Below are positions 18,863 to 29,851 of a stretch of DNA of 64,000 bases, in pieces. Location of the stretch: the NCBI GenBank assembly GCA_965226795.1, contig CBDDDZ010000002.1, positions 480,001 to 544,000 on the forward strand. Reading direction: 5' to 3'. Position 1 is the first letter of the stretch, and each line of letters opens with the position of its first letter. The notes beneath the pieces were generated by a model, which saw nothing but the letters and a program-made list of their open reading frames with translations, did not search any database and was not told where the DNA came from. A program made the position numbers and the translations under genes. The DNA comes from Candidatus Latescibacterota bacterium. GTDB lineage: Bacteria > Latescibacterota > UBA2968 > GCA-2709665.

Positions 18863-21630
18863 AATGCGATCACCTCTTTGAGAAAGCGGCCGGTCTGGGA
18901 GGCCGGCGCCGCGGCAACGCGCTCCGGGGGCCCCTCCGCGACGACCCGTCCGCCGGAATCCCCCGCTCCAGGGCCGAGGTCGACAATCCAGTCCGCCCGT
19001 TTAACGACATCCAGGTTGTGTTCGATCACAACGACGGAGTTGCCCTTGTCGACCAGCCGGTCCAGAACGGCGATGAGCGACCGGATGTCCTCGAAGTGCA
19101 GCCCGGTTGTCGGCTCGTCCAGAATATACATGGTTTTTCCCGTAGCCACACGGGAAAGTTCGGAGGCCAGTTTGATTCGTTGCGCTTCGCCTGCGGAAAG
19201 GGCGGTTGCCGATTGTCCCAGCCGGATATATCCCAGACCGACCTCAGAAAGCGTTTTCAGTTTCCGCCGTGCGCCCGGAATATCTCTGAAGAAAGTGTGC
19301 GCTCTCTCCGTCGTCATGTTCAGAACGTCAGCGATCGAACAGCCCTTGAAACGGATTTCCAGGGTTTCCCTGTTGTACCGGCTTCCCCCACAGGTATCGC
19401 AGGTCACGTAGACGTCGGGAAGGAAGTGCATTTCGACCCGTCGCAGGCCGTCGCCCTGGCAGGGCTCGCAACGCCCGCCCTTCAGGTTGAAGCTGAATCG
19501 CCCGGGCGTATAGCCTCGAACCCTGGATTCCGGAAGCTGCGCGTAGAGCTCACGGATGTCTGTGAAAAGATCGGTGTAGGTGGCAGGATTTGATCTGGGC
19601 GTACGGCCGATCGGCGCCTGATCGATTCGGATGATCTTGTCGATTTGTGACAGGCCCTCGACGCCGTCGTGTTCAAGCGGCGTGACCGTGGCGTTGTGCA
19701 GCCTGTTCGCCAGTGCCGGATAGAGCGTACCGTTTATCAGTGTGCTCTTGCCGGACCCGGAGACACCTGTGACGCAGACGAGTATGCCCAGTGGGAGGGC
19801 GACGTCAATGGACTTGAGATTGTGCCCTCGCGCGCCCTTCAATACGATTCGGCCGGAGGGTTGTCGGCTGTCCGGAGGCGGGGGGATGGTCTTCCGGCCG
19901 GAGAGGTACGCGCCCGTAAGGCATTTCCCTGCCGCCATAATTTCCTGAGCGGTGCCCTGAGCCATAAGTTCGCCGCCCTGCTCACCCGCTCCCGGCCCGA
20001 GGTCGATCAGATGGTCCGCGGCGAGCATGGTTTCCCGATCGTGCTCCACGACCAGAACGGTATTGCCGAGGTCGCGCAGCTTGTGCAGCGTATTGATGAG
20101 TTTACGGTTGTCTCCCGGGTGCAGTCCGACGCTGGGTTCGTCCAGAACGTAGAGCACCCCCGACAGGCGCGCGCCGATCTGCGTGGCCATGCGGATACGC
20201 TGCGTTTCACCGCCCGAGAGCGATGCCACGTTTCGTTCCAGGGCGAGATAACCCACACCCACGTCCCGCAGGAAGGCAAGCCGGTTGCGGATTTCATGAA
20301 GAATCGGGTCAACGACCTCCCGGGGGCCCAGCGTTTCCTTCAGCCGATCCGTGAAATTGAAGGCCTCGTCGATGCACATCGCTGCAACCTGCGCGATGTT
20401 TTTTTCGGCAATTCTGACTGCCAGGGCCTCCGTTCGCAACCTGGCGCCGGCACAGTCGGAACATTCAACGGTGCGGACGTACGAATCCAGCCTGGATCCG
20501 GCCTCGTCAGACGCGGCATCCGCAACCCGCCTGTTGAGGGGTGGGATCACGCCGTCGAACCGGAGGGACTCATCGCCCCACAGAATGGCCTCCCTCGCTC
20601 TGGGTGAAAGAGAAGCGAATGGTGCGGCGAGATCGAAACGGTATCGGTCCATGAGGCGCTGGAGCAGATCGAGCGTCGCGCGTCCCTTGGGGACGCCCCA
20701 GGGCGCGATCGCACCCTCCGCAATGGAACGGCGGGTGTCCGGAACGACCCTGTCAGGATCGATATCGGTTCTCTTGCCCATTCCGTTACAGGCTGGACAG
20801 GCGCCGTACGGGCTGTTGAACGAGAACAGACGAGGCGTCAATTCTTCAAAGCCGATGTCGCAGTTTCTGCAGATGAATTGCGTGGAAAAGCTCAACTCGC
20901 GGTCTTCGAGGATATCCAGGAGGACGATACCCCCGGAAAGAGCCAGTGCGGTTTCCAGCGAGTCGGCAAGCCGGCGTTCGATTTTCGGGCGGACGACCAC
21001 ACGGTCGACAACCGCGTCGACCGTGTGCGTCCGCATTGGATCCAGGCGTATCTCTTCGTCCAGCACACGGTCGTGCCCGTCGATTCGCACGCGCACGTAT
21101 CCGTCGCGCCGCAGGCGTTCCAGTTCCTGTTCGAAACTGCCCTTCCGGTTGCGTATCCATGGCGCAAGAATCCGCAGCCGCGAGCCGTCGGGCAGGCCGA
21201 GTACGGTGTCGACGATCTCACCGACGGTCTGGCAGGCAATGGGGTTGCCGCAGTTCGGGCAATGCGGCAGGCCGGCACGGGCGAAAAGGACCCTGAGATG
21301 GTCGTAGATCTCCGTGAGGGTGCCAACCGTCGACCTGGAATTTCCAGAGGCGCGGCGCTGTTGAATGGCCACGGCGGGAGAGAGGCCGTCGATACTCTCC
21401 ACGTCGGGTCTCTCCATCATCTCCAGGAAACGGCGCGCATGTGCGGACATCGCTTCCACGTACCTGCGCTGTCCTTCAGCGTAGATGGTATCGAACGCGA
21501 GCGAGGATTTCCCTGAGCCGGACGGCCCCGTGATGACCACAAACCGGTTTTTAGGTATGTCGAGGTCGAGACCCCGCAGGTTGTGCTGGCGGGCGCCCCT
21601 GATTCGGATGGCGTCGTTGGTAAGAGGCAT
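18859..21630 (-). CDS. uvrA: Excinuclease ABC subunit A
   Basis: GARQHNL, GPSGSGKSSLAFDTIYAEGQRRY, two ABC cassettes, Zn fingers; ATG 21630 preferred over TTG 21648. Confidence 0.96.
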   Translation of the reverse strand: MPLTNDAIRIRGARQHNLRGLDLDIPKNRFVVITGPSGSGKSSLAFDTIYAEGQRRYVEAMSAHARRFLEMMERPDVESIDGLSPAVAIQQRRASGNSRSTVGTLTEIYDHLRVLFARAGLPHCPNCGNPIACQTVGEIVDTVLGLPDGSRLRILAPWIRNRKGSFEQELERLRRDGYVRVRIDGHDRVLDEEIRLDPMRTHTVDAVVDRVVVRPKIERRLADSLETALALSGGIVLLDILEDRELSFSTQFICRNCDIGFEELTPRLFSFNSPYGACPACNGMGKRTDIDPDRVVPDTRRSIAEGAIAPWGVPKGRATLDLLQRLMDRYRFDLAAPFASLSPRAREAILWGDESLRFDGVIPPLNRRVADAASDEAGSRLDSYVRTVECSDCAGARLRTEALAVRIAEKNIAQVAAMCIDEAFNFTDRLKETLGPREVVDPILHEIRNRLAFLRDVGVGYLALERNVASLSGGETQRIRMATQIGARLSGVLYVLDEPSVGLHPGDNRKLINTLHKLRDLGNTVLVVEHDRETMLAADHLIDLGPGAGEQGGELMAQGTAQEIMAAGKCLTGAYLSGRKTIPPPPDSRQPSGRIVLKGARGHNLKSIDVALPLGILVCVTGVSGSGKSTLINGTLYPALANRLHNATVTPLEHDGVEGLSQIDKIIRIDQAPIGRTPRSNPATYTDLFTDIRELYAQLPESRVRGYTPGRFSFNLKGGRCEPCQGDGLRRVEMHFLPDVYVTCDTCGGSRYNRETLEIRFKGCSIADVLNMTTERAHTFFRDIPGARRKLKTLSEVGLGYIRLGQSATALSAGEAQRIKLASELSRVATGKTMYILDEPTTGLHFEDIRSLIAVLDRLVDKGNSVVVIEHNLDVVKRADWIVDLGPGAGDSGGRVVAEGPPERVAAAPASQTGRFLKEVIAL

Positions 21631-21646
21631 GGATGATCGGGGAGGC

Positions 21647-21674
21647 AAAACCCCGATCGGGTGACCGGGGCTTT
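21647..21674 (-). terminator. Hairpin / intrinsic terminator after the tRNA
   Basis: AAAGCCCCGGTC-ACCC-GATCGGGGTTTT on the minus strand. Confidence 0.6.
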
Positions 21675-21677
21675 GGA

Positions 21678-21754
21678 TGGTGCGGCAGAGAGGACTCGAA
21701 CCCCCAACCGTCTGGTCCGAAGCCAGATGCTCTATCCGATTGAGCTACTGCCGC
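21678..21754 (-). tRNA. tRNA-Arg (anticodon UCG)
   Basis: GCGGCAGTAGCTCAATCGGATAGAGCATCTGGCTTCGGACCAGACGGTTGGGGGTTCGAGTCCTCTCTGCCGCACCA; full cloverleaf, encoded CCA. Confidence 0.93.
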
Positions 21755-21901
21755 GAAGGCATTGCACAAATATACGTTTCGGCGGCACCGTTGCAAGGCC
21801 AAAAATCGCCACTTGACAATGACGGTCAAAATCCAAAGATTAAGGGCTGGTGTCCTGCACTGTGAAGTCTCAATACCGCTGTTGAATCAGGGGGGTGTTT
21901 T

Positions 21902-23191
21902 GTGAACGACCGTTCGGTTGCGTTATTCGAAGCGGCGCAACGGGTGATTCCGGGCGGTGTGAACAGCCCGGCGCGGGCGTTCGGCCCGGTGGGCGGCCAG
22001 CCGCTGTTTATAACGCGAGGAAACGGGTCGAAGGTATACGATGCGGACGGACAGGAATATATCGACTATGTCTGCTCGTGGGGTCCGTTGATTCTGGGCC
22101 ATGCGCCGCCTCGCGTGGTTGAGGCGGTCAAGCGGATCTGCGAACGTGGAACCAGTTTCGGGGCGCCCACGGAAATCGAAGTCAAAATGGCCAAACTGGT
22201 CACCGACCTCGTGCCCGGTGTGGAAATGGTGCGCATGGTGAACTCTGGCACGGAGGCCACGATGTCCGCCGTGCGTCTGGCCAGGGGGTATACGGGAAGA
22301 GAGAAAGTCATCAAGTTCGAGGGGTGCTGGCACGGGCACGCAGACAGCTTTTTGATTCAGGCGGGGTCGTCGGCGCTCACCATGGGCGTGCCCAGCAGTC
22401 CGGGCGTAACCGCGGGCACGGCGGCGGGTACCGTTACCGCGCCCTACAACGATCTGGAGGCGGTGCAGCGGATCGCCGCGGAGAACCCGGACGAGATCGC
22501 GGCCATCATCGTAGAGCCGGTGGCTGGCAATATGGGTGTGATTCCGCCGGCAGAGGGATTCCTGGAAGGGTTGCGCGAACTCACCGCCAATTCGGGCATC
22601 GTGCTGATTTTCGACGAAGTGATTACCGGTTTCCGGGTCCATCCGGGCGGCGCCCAGGCGTTATACGGGATCACGCCCGATCTGACCACGCTCGGCAAAA
22701 TTATCGGCGGAGGGCTGCCGGTGGGCGCATTCGGCGGCCGGCGGGAGATCATGTCGCATATTTCGCCGCTGGGTAAGGGAGTATCGCAGGCCGGGACGCT
22801 TTCCGGAAATCCCCTTGCGATGACGGCCGGTTACGAGACGCTCAAGCAGATCCGGGAACCGGGCGCGTATGAGGCGCTCGAGGGCAAAGCCGCCGCGCTG
22901 GAAGCCGGTTTCCGGGAAAACCTGAAGTCGCTGGGGTTGCCGTTTCGCCTGAACCGGGTCGGGTCCATGATGACCCTGTTTTTTACGGATCGACGTGTAA
23001 CCCGATACGAAGCCGCGGTGGCGTGCGACCAGGAGGCCTTCGCACGTTACTTCCGGCTGATGCTGGCACAGGGCGTGTATCTGGCGCCCTCCCAGTTTGA
23101 AGCGACGTTTGTTTCGCTGGCGCATACCGATGCGGATATCGATCGAACGGTTGAAGCGCAATTCAGGGCCCTGAAAGTATGCGCAGCCTGA
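21902..23191 (+). CDS. hemL: Glutamate-1-semialdehyde 2,1-aminomutase
   Basis: [46 protein letters not shown]. Confidence 0.95.
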   Translation: MNDRSVALFEAAQRVIPGGVNSPARAFGPVGGQPLFITRGNGSKVYDADGQEYIDYVCSWGPLILGHAPPRVVEAVKRICERGTSFGAPTEIEVKMAKLVTDLVPGVEMVRMVNSGTEATMSAVRLARGYTGREKVIKFEGCWHGHADSFLIQAGSSALTMGVPSSPGVTAGTAAGTVTAPYNDLEAVQRIAAENPDEIAAIIVEPVAGNMGVIPPAEGFLEGLRELTANSGIVLIFDEVITGFRVHPGGAQALYGITPDLTTLGKIIGGGLPVGAFGGRREIMSHISPLGKGVSQAGTLSGNPLAMTAGYETLKQIREPGAYEALEGKAAALEAGFRENLKSLGLPFRLNRVGSMMTLFFTDRRVTRYEAAVACDQEAFARYFRLMLAQGVYLAPSQFEATFVSLAHTDADIDRTVEAQFRALKVCAA

Positions 23192-23643
23192 GGGTTATTG
23201 TTCTATTGTCGCTCGGTCTGCCGGGATGCGGCGACGACGGCGATCACTTTACGCGGCTCAGATCCGGTACGCCGCGGGAGCGCGAGGACGCGGCGGCCTA
23301 TCTGGGCGCACGTCGCATTGCCGGGGCGGTTCCCTATTTACGAAAGGCGCTGAGGGATACGGTTCCGGAGGTGCGCGCGAAGGCGATCTGGGGGCTGGGA
23401 ATGCTGGGCGCCGGCGAAGCGCTGCCCGACCTGGTGCCTTTCCTGACAGACAGAAGCCGCCGGTTACGCCAGCAGGCCGCCGTCGCAATTATGCATATCG
23501 AACAGCCGGAGGCCATTCCCGTACTGAAACTGGCGTTGTGGACAGAGAAAGACCGATGGGTCAGGAGCGATCTGGCAAGGGCAATAGAGCATCTCAAGCA
23601 GTTTGTTGGGGAATCGGATATTGCTGAGGGCACATTCCGGTGA
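23179..23643 (+). CDS. HEAT-repeat lipoprotein
   Basis: Lipobox-like LPGC, repeated L..AL.D...VR..A motifs. Confidence 0.7.
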   Translation: MRSLRVIVLLSLGLPGCGDDGDHFTRLRSGTPREREDAAAYLGARRIAGAVPYLRKALRDTVPEVRAKAIWGLGMLGAGEALPDLVPFLTDRSRRLRQQAAVAIMHIEQPEAIPVLKLALWTEKDRWVRSDLARAIEHLKQFVGESDIAEGTFR

Positions 23644-23673
23644 GTGTGTTCCGCGCCGGGCCGGTGAGCGCGT

Positions 23674-23701
23674 TTCGACAAGCTCGCTTCGACAAGCTCA
23701 G
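23674..23701 (+). repeat. Tandem TTCGACAAGCTC motif (REP-like)
   Basis: Two 12-bp copies; related CTGAGCCTGTCGA (reverse orientation) near 50104. Confidence 0.55.
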
Positions 23702-23803
23702 CGCAAGCAGTGCAAGCAGCGCGAGGAACGAAGCGAGAAGGGATGAATCGTCGGAAGAATGGTAACGTATTTCCGGGACAGGATATTTGGGGGTATCGTG
23801 CAC

Positions 23804-25978
23804 ATGAAAAGATGGCTGGAAACTCGTATTCTCGCGGCCTGCCTGATCGGCGGTTTTCCGATGGGATGGTCGCTGTCTGCCGCGGCCTCGGACTGGACGC
23901 ACTGGCGTGGTCCGATGCAGACCGGCGCGTCTGCGGAACGAGGCCTGATTACCGACTGGACTCCGGATGGAGAGAACCTGGTCTGGCGGTCGGAGTTTAT
24001 CGGCCGGTCCACGCCCGTGATTCTGAACGGGCGGGTATACGTGATCGGAAGAACCGGCGAAGGGGTAACCAAACAGGAGCACGTTGCCTGTTTCGACGCA
24101 CGGAACGGTGGGCTGGTATGGGAACACAAGTTCAATGTATGGCATTCCACCATTACCTTCAACCGCCTGGGCTGGGCGAATCTGGGCGCCGACGGGGAAA
24201 CCGGCAATGTGTACGCGCACCTGGTAAACGGTCTGCTGTTGGGCTTCGACCGTGACGGCCGGATCCTGTGGACCAGGTCGTTGACCGAGGAATTCAACAG
24301 GTTTTCCGGTTACGGAGGGCGGTTGCATACGCCCGTCGTAGACGGAGACCTGGTTGTCATCAGCATGGGCAACCGGGGCTGGGCGGACCGCCCGCCCTCC
24401 CACCGGTACATGGCCTTCGACAAGCGGACTGGAGAGACCGTTTGGATGTCGCGGCCGGGTGGGGGAGGGCAGGTCGACCTGACCGTATATTCCACGCCGG
24501 TAGCGGCGACCATCGACGGCCAGCGACTACTGATCGCCGGCAACGGAAACGGAGGTATTTTCGCCTTCAGGGCCGGGACCGGTGAAGTGGTATGGGGGTT
24601 CCCGCTGAGCAAGCGGGGTCTCAACACCTCTCCGGTTGCGGGTAACAACCGCGTGTACGCGACCCACAGCGAAGAAAACGTGGACAATACCACGATGGGC
24701 CGGGTGGTATGCATTGATGCGGCAACGGGAAGAGAGATCTGGCGCCAGGATGGCATCACGGCGGGGTACGCTTCCCCCGCCCTTCACGCGGGGCGCCTGT
24801 ACGTTATCGACAATTCGGCGAACGTGCACTGCCTGGACGCGGAGACGGGGCGCATATACTGGGCGCAGAATATTGGCACGGTCGGCAGGGGCTCTCCCAC
24901 GTGGGCCGACGGTAAATTGTACGTCACGGAAGTCAACGGCGGATTCCGGATTCTCAACGTGGGGGACGCGGGCGCACAGGTCCTCGACAAGAAGAAGGTC
25001 AGGATGCCGGGCGGGAGGCTCGCGGAAATCTACGGTTCGGTTGCCGTCGCGCACGGTCGAGTCTACTTTGCTACCGAGGCGGGATTGTTCTGTCTGGGAA
25101 ACAGGGACGCGGTGTTTACCACCACGCCCGCGCCGATTGCGGGGCACCCGCGCACACCGTCAGACGCGGAGCCAGCCTCGCTTCTGGTCGTCCCGGCCGA
25201 GAAAACACTGGCGTCGGACGAGGCGCTGCCACTCAGCGCCCGGGGGTACGACAAACGGGGGCGGTTGATCGGGGAGGTCGACGTGGAATGGTCCCTCGAA
25301 GGTCTGGCCGGGCGGGTTGAGGACGGGCGGTTTACGCCCGCGAAACCCGGACAGGCGGGATGGGTGGTTGCCACCTCTGGGGGGTTGTCCGCACGGGCGT
25401 GGGTACGGGTGGTACCGGATACGCCCTGGACTGAGGATTTTGAGGGGATCCCCGCGGGTAAGAATCCGCGCCACTGGGTGTGGGGCGGCAGGGGGTTCAG
25501 GGTCGAGGAACGGGATGGAAACAGGGTTCTGGTGAAGCCGCCGGCGGCGCGCGGCCTGGACCGTTCCAATCTGTACGTCGGACCGCCTGATATGAAGGGG
25601 TATACCATCCAGGCCGATCTGATGGGGGGACGGCGCAAGCGCAGGCGTCCGGACATGGGCCTGATCGCGCACCGATACATCCTGGATTTGCAGGGCGCTT
25701 ACCAGCGGCTGGAGGTCCGGTCCTGGTCATCGGATTTGCGGATGGTTCAACGCGCGGATTTCGAATGGGATCCCGACGTTTGGTATACCATGAAAATGAG
25801 GGTGGATATCGAGGGAGGTCGGGCTGTGGTCCGTGGCAAAGTGTGGAAACGGGGCGACCCGGAGCCCGACGCCTGGACGATCGAGGCGGAGGACCCGCTG
25901 CCCATTCGGGAAGGCAGTCCGGGACTTTACGGGTACTCGCCGGCGAACATATATTATGACAATGTGAGCGTGTATTGA
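23804..25978 (+). CDS. Exported PQQ-like beta-propeller protein with C-terminal beta-sandwich domains
   Basis: Signal peptide, DWTHWRGP, repeated STP..G..W motifs. Confidence 0.8.
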   Translation: MKRWLETRILAACLIGGFPMGWSLSAAASDWTHWRGPMQTGASAERGLITDWTPDGENLVWRSEFIGRSTPVILNGRVYVIGRTGEGVTKQEHVACFDARNGGLVWEHKFNVWHSTITFNRLGWANLGADGETGNVYAHLVNGLLLGFDRDGRILWTRSLTEEFNRFSGYGGRLHTPVVDGDLVVISMGNRGWADRPPSHRYMAFDKRTGETVWMSRPGGGGQVDLTVYSTPVAATIDGQRLLIAGNGNGGIFAFRAGTGEVVWGFPLSKRGLNTSPVAGNNRVYATHSEENVDNTTMGRVVCIDAATGREIWRQDGITAGYASPALHAGRLYVIDNSANVHCLDAETGRIYWAQNIGTVGRGSPTWADGKLYVTEVNGGFRILNVGDAGAQVLDKKKVRMPGGRLAEIYGSVAVAHGRVYFATEAGLFCLGNRDAVFTTTPAPIAGHPRTPSDAEPASLLVVPAEKTLASDEALPLSARGYDKRGRLIGEVDVEWSLEGLAGRVEDGRFTPAKPGQAGWVVATSGGLSARAWVRVVPDTPWTEDFEGIPAGKNPRHWVWGGRGFRVEERDGNRVLVKPPAARGLDRSNLYVGPPDMKGYTIQADLMGGRRKRRRPDMGLIAHRYILDLQGAYQRLEVRSWSSDLRMVQRADFEWDPDVWYTMKMRVDIEGGRAVVRGKVWKRGDPEPDAWTIEAEDPLPIREGSPGLYGYSPANIYYDNVSVY

Positions 25979-26085
25979 ACGATCTGACATTTGGATGCGG
26001 CGCATTTCGGATTCAACCTCGATTCCGAAATAACCGTCTGCAGGACGTCAGGCAAGGACGCGGAAACGCGTGGAGAAAGGGACCG

Positions 26086-27513
26086 ATGAAATCGAAATGG
26101 GTTTTGAGCGGCGTTGCGATACTGGTCTGGGCGGTTTCGGGCGCCGGCGCGCAGGAGGCCGCTATGTGGGGATTCACACCCTCCCGAAACCTGGTATCGG
26201 ACGAGAAGAACCTGCCAGCGGATTGGAATCCGGCTACCGGCAAGAATATCAAGTGGAAGGCCGCCCTCGGTTCCCAGTCGTACGCCGGGCCTGTGCTGCT
26301 GGGCGGCAAGGTGTTTATGGGGACGAACAACCGCGGCGAACGCAATCCCGATATCAAGGGCGACCGCGGCGTGATGATGGCGTTTCGGGAATCCGACGGT
26401 AAGTTCCTGTGGCAGGCGGCCCATTCGAAGCTTCCCGCGGGAAGGGTGAACGACTGGCCGCTGCAGGGGGTCTGCTCCACGCCCTATGTCCACGGCGAGC
26501 GTCTGTACTACGTTTCCAACCAGGGCCGCGTGGTCTGCGCGGACACGGAGGGTTTTCTGGACGCGGAGAACGACGGGTCCTATACCGACGAAGACGTGAC
26601 GGGCACGAATGCCGTGGATATTGTCTGGGAATACGACATGATGGAAGAGCTGGATGTGTTTCCGCACAATCTGGCCACCTGTTCGCCTGTCGGAGAGGAC
26701 GGCCTGCTATTCGTGATTACCAGCAATGGCGTGGATGAAGGCCACGTCGCCATCCCGTCGCCGCTTGCGCCCAGTTTTATTGCTCTCAGCCTGAAAACCG
26801 GGGAACTCGTGTGGGAAAAGTCCTATCCTGGCACGAATATTCTGCATGGGCAATGGTCCAACCCGGCGTATGGTGTCGTTAACGGAGAACCTCAGGTCGT
26901 CTTGCCGGGAGGGGACGGCTGGGTCTATGCCGTGGCGCCGAAGACGGGCGAATTGATCTGGAAGTTCGATTGCAATCCCAGGGATTCCAGGTGGGCGCTT
27001 GGCGGACGGGGCACCCGCAACGCGATCATCGCCACGCCTGTGATTTACGACAACAAGGTGTATATAGGGGTGGGACAGGATCCCGAGCACGGTGAAGGAA
27101 TGGGGCATCTGTGGGCGATCGACGCAACCGGAAAGGGCGACGTTACGGACACACACGTTGTCTGGCATCTGGGAGACAAGGATTTCAACCGGACGATGTC
27201 GACAGTCGCCATTCACGACGGGTTACTGTATGCAGCGGACCTGAGCGGATTCGTTTATTGCCTTGACCTGAAAACCGGAACGCCGCACTGGACCTACGAT
27301 GCCTACGCCGCCATCTGGGGGTCGCCATTCGTGGCCGACGGGAAGGTATACATCGGCGACGAAGACGGCGACGTGATGATTTTCAAGGCATCGGCGGAGC
27401 TTGAGAAGATCAACGAAGTCAATATGGGCAGTGCGGTATACACCACACCGGTCGCGAAGGACGGGGTGCTGTACATTGGCACCCGCAATACGCTTTACGC
27501 TATAGACGAGTAG
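26086..27513 (+). CDS. Exported PQQ-like beta-propeller protein
   Basis: Signal peptide, WKAALGSQSY, repeated TGEL.W motifs. Confidence 0.8.
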   Translation: MKSKWVLSGVAILVWAVSGAGAQEAAMWGFTPSRNLVSDEKNLPADWNPATGKNIKWKAALGSQSYAGPVLLGGKVFMGTNNRGERNPDIKGDRGVMMAFRESDGKFLWQAAHSKLPAGRVNDWPLQGVCSTPYVHGERLYYVSNQGRVVCADTEGFLDAENDGSYTDEDVTGTNAVDIVWEYDMMEELDVFPHNLATCSPVGEDGLLFVITSNGVDEGHVAIPSPLAPSFIALSLKTGELVWEKSYPGTNILHGQWSNPAYGVVNGEPQVVLPGGDGWVYAVAPKTGELIWKFDCNPRDSRWALGGRGTRNAIIATPVIYDNKVYIGVGQDPEHGEGMGHLWAIDATGKGDVTDTHVVWHLGDKDFNRTMSTVAIHDGLLYAADLSGFVYCLDLKTGTPHWTYDAYAAIWGSPFVADGKVYIGDEDGDVMIFKASAELEKINEVNMGSAVYTTPVAKDGVLYIGTRNTLYAIDE

Positions 27514-27624
27514 GCGCCGCGGAACGACGGGCGCAACCTATGCGGGATGGCGATTTTCCGTAGCGCACGGGGTGGACCGTCAGGCGCTTGGTCCGGCAGG
27601 CCGGATTCGGCCCTCGAGGGTGAT

Positions 27625-28359
27625 ATGCCGTTGGAGAAGAAGGTGATTCTGGTAACAGGGGGGGCCTCGGGAATCGGCCGCGCCGCTTCGTTCTGTTGCG
27701 CCCGGGCCGGCGCCCGCGTGGGGGTCGCGGATTGCGACGGGGACGGCGTTGCGGCAACGGTTAGCGAAATCGAGGGATCGGGGGGCGCCGCACGGGGGTT
27801 CGAGGTGGACGTTCGGGTGGAGGCCGGAGTCCGGGCGATGGTGGAGGATGTGGTCAGTGCGTTCGGACGGATCGACGGTCTGATTCATTCCGCGGGTATT
27901 CTGGAAGGCGCGTTGGTCCCCGTTGATTTATTCGAAGAGGAGACCTGGGATCGGGTGATCGACGTGAATTTGAAGGGCAGTTTTCTGCTGTGCAAACACG
28001 TGGCGCCGGTTCTGGAGCGGTCCGGCGCCGGGGTGCTCGTGCTCGTCTCGTCCGGCGCCGGGGTGCGGGGCGGCAGTTCGTCCGCGGCGTACGGATCGAG
28101 CAAAGGCGGGGTGCACGGGCTCTCTCTGGTGCTCGCGCCGCAACTGGCCTCCAGGGGAATCCGCGTGCATGCGCTGTGTCCCGGAAGCCTCGAGACGCCG
28201 TTGAAGATGGGCGTGTTAGAGAAACAGGCGAATCTGGAGGGGCGGTCCCTGGAAGAGATGAGACAGGGTCTGGGCGATCCGGAGGGTGTGGGAAAGGTGC
28301 TGGCATTTCTGGTATCGGACGATGCGGACTACGTGAGGGGCACCGTCTTTACGAGATGA
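27625..28359 (+). CDS. SDR family oxidoreductase
   Basis: TGGASGIG, VNLKG, YGSSK. Confidence 0.9.
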   Translation: MPLEKKVILVTGGASGIGRAASFCCARAGARVGVADCDGDGVAATVSEIEGSGGAARGFEVDVRVEAGVRAMVEDVVSAFGRIDGLIHSAGILEGALVPVDLFEEETWDRVIDVNLKGSFLLCKHVAPVLERSGAGVLVLVSSGAGVRGGSSSAAYGSSKGGVHGLSLVLAPQLASRGIRVHALCPGSLETPLKMGVLEKQANLEGRSLEEMRQGLGDPEGVGKVLAFLVSDDADYVRGTVFTR

Positions 28360-28481
28360 CGTACACCGGGCGCGCGGATCCGAAATCGCGGACGTCGGCA
28401 CCGATTGAATCGATCAAGTGAGAATGAGGTCCTGGCGCTTCCCGGGGAGAGAATCGAGAAGACGTGAAAGCGAGGTAAAGA

Positions 28482-29765
28482 ATGCAGCGCACGATGAAAA
28501 TCGCGCTGATCGGCGCGGGGATGTTCGGCGGCGACGTACATGCAAGGGCATTCGCCGATCTGCAGCGGATGGGAATCAGTGGAAATCTCGGACGGGTCGG
28601 GCTGGACCGGTGGGCGCGGGACCTGGCCGGTATACAGTTCGATCTGGTGGCTGTGGCCACGCGGTCCCAGGCGTCGGCGGAACGGGCGCGGGAGAACTTC
28701 AGGGCATCCACGGGTTGCGAGCCGGGAACCTACTGGGGAGAAACGCCGTGGGAAGACGTGTTGGGCGATTTTCCCGACCTGGACGTCATGGCGGTGGTCA
28801 CGCCGGACCATCTGCATACCGAGGTGACGCTGGCCGCGCTCCGGAACGGGACGCACGTGGTGATGGAAAAACCGATGTGCCTGTCCATTGAGGAGGCGGA
28901 CGAGATCATCCAACTGGCCGACGAGAAGGGGCTGGTGGTCTGTGTGGATATGCACAAGCGGTACGATCCGGATCATCTGCGCGTTCAGCACGATCTGTCA
29001 ACACGGATCGGAGAGCCGCTCTACGGGCAGGCCGTGCTTGAAGAGCCGCTGGAGGTGTCCACGAGCACGTTCAAGTGGGCGGAACAGAGCGATCCGTTCA
29101 GTTATGTCGGTCCGCACTGGACGGACCTGATTTACAACTATTTCAGGAGCAAACCGGTTGCGCTGTCCGCCGTCGGACAGAAGAAGCGGCTGGTTCGTGA
29201 CGGCATCAACGCCTACGACGCGGTTCAGGTGCGCGTGGAATTCGAAAACGGCATGAGCGTCTATTTCCACAATAACTGGATAACGCCCGTGGATTTCGAG
29301 GGCCCAGTGAATCAGGGCCATGAAATTGTGGGTACCGACGGCAAGGTGGAGTCGGACCAGCAGTACCGGGGTCTGCGTTTCTGGTACAATGGGGGCGGCA
29401 GCCGTACGGTGAACAATCATATGACACGCGACGTCAGGCGTCCTGACGGCTCTGATGCGTATATCGGATACGGTGTGGACAGCATCACGGTGGGGCTGGT
29501 TGCGGCCTGCCGGATCAAGTTCCTGGGGGAGACGCGGGAGGACGTGGACGGGATCTATCCGACCGCGGCCGATGGGCGGATTACGGTTGCGATTGTCGAT
29601 GCGGCCAGACGGGTGCGGGATCTGAACTTCAAATATCTGCAGGAAGGCAAGGGGACGCCGGTGACCGCCAGATTCGGGGAAGACGGCATCACCATCATCG
29701 ACCCCAACCGGATTGACGAGGGGCGGGAAGCGGTATTTCAGCGGATCTACGAAAAACCTTTATGA
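28482..29765 (+). CDS. Gfo/Idh/MocA oxidoreductase
   Basis: IGAGMFG, TPDHLH, EKP, HKRYDP. Confidence 0.88.
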   Translation: MQRTMKIALIGAGMFGGDVHARAFADLQRMGISGNLGRVGLDRWARDLAGIQFDLVAVATRSQASAERARENFRASTGCEPGTYWGETPWEDVLGDFPDLDVMAVVTPDHLHTEVTLAALRNGTHVVMEKPMCLSIEEADEIIQLADEKGLVVCVDMHKRYDPDHLRVQHDLSTRIGEPLYGQAVLEEPLEVSTSTFKWAEQSDPFSYVGPHWTDLIYNYFRSKPVALSAVGQKKRLVRDGINAYDAVQVRVEFENGMSVYFHNNWITPVDFEGPVNQGHEIVGTDGKVESDQQYRGLRFWYNGGGSRTVNNHMTRDVRRPDGSDAYIGYGVDSITVGLVAACRIKFLGETREDVDGIYPTAADGRITVAIVDAARRVRDLNFKYLQEGKGTPVTARFGEDGITIIDPNRIDEGREAVFQRIYEKPL

Positions 29766-29851
29766 TGAATAGCCGCAGCGGGCCGTGACACACCGCACCT
29801 TCCGATTCGGGCGGCGTCTCGCGGCTCGTTGTGCATTTTCAGGAGGTTGCG

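Noticed and set aside
21678..21754. tRNA as integration site for island 1
   Set aside because: uvrA lies between them; no integrase or duplicated tRNA 3' end seen
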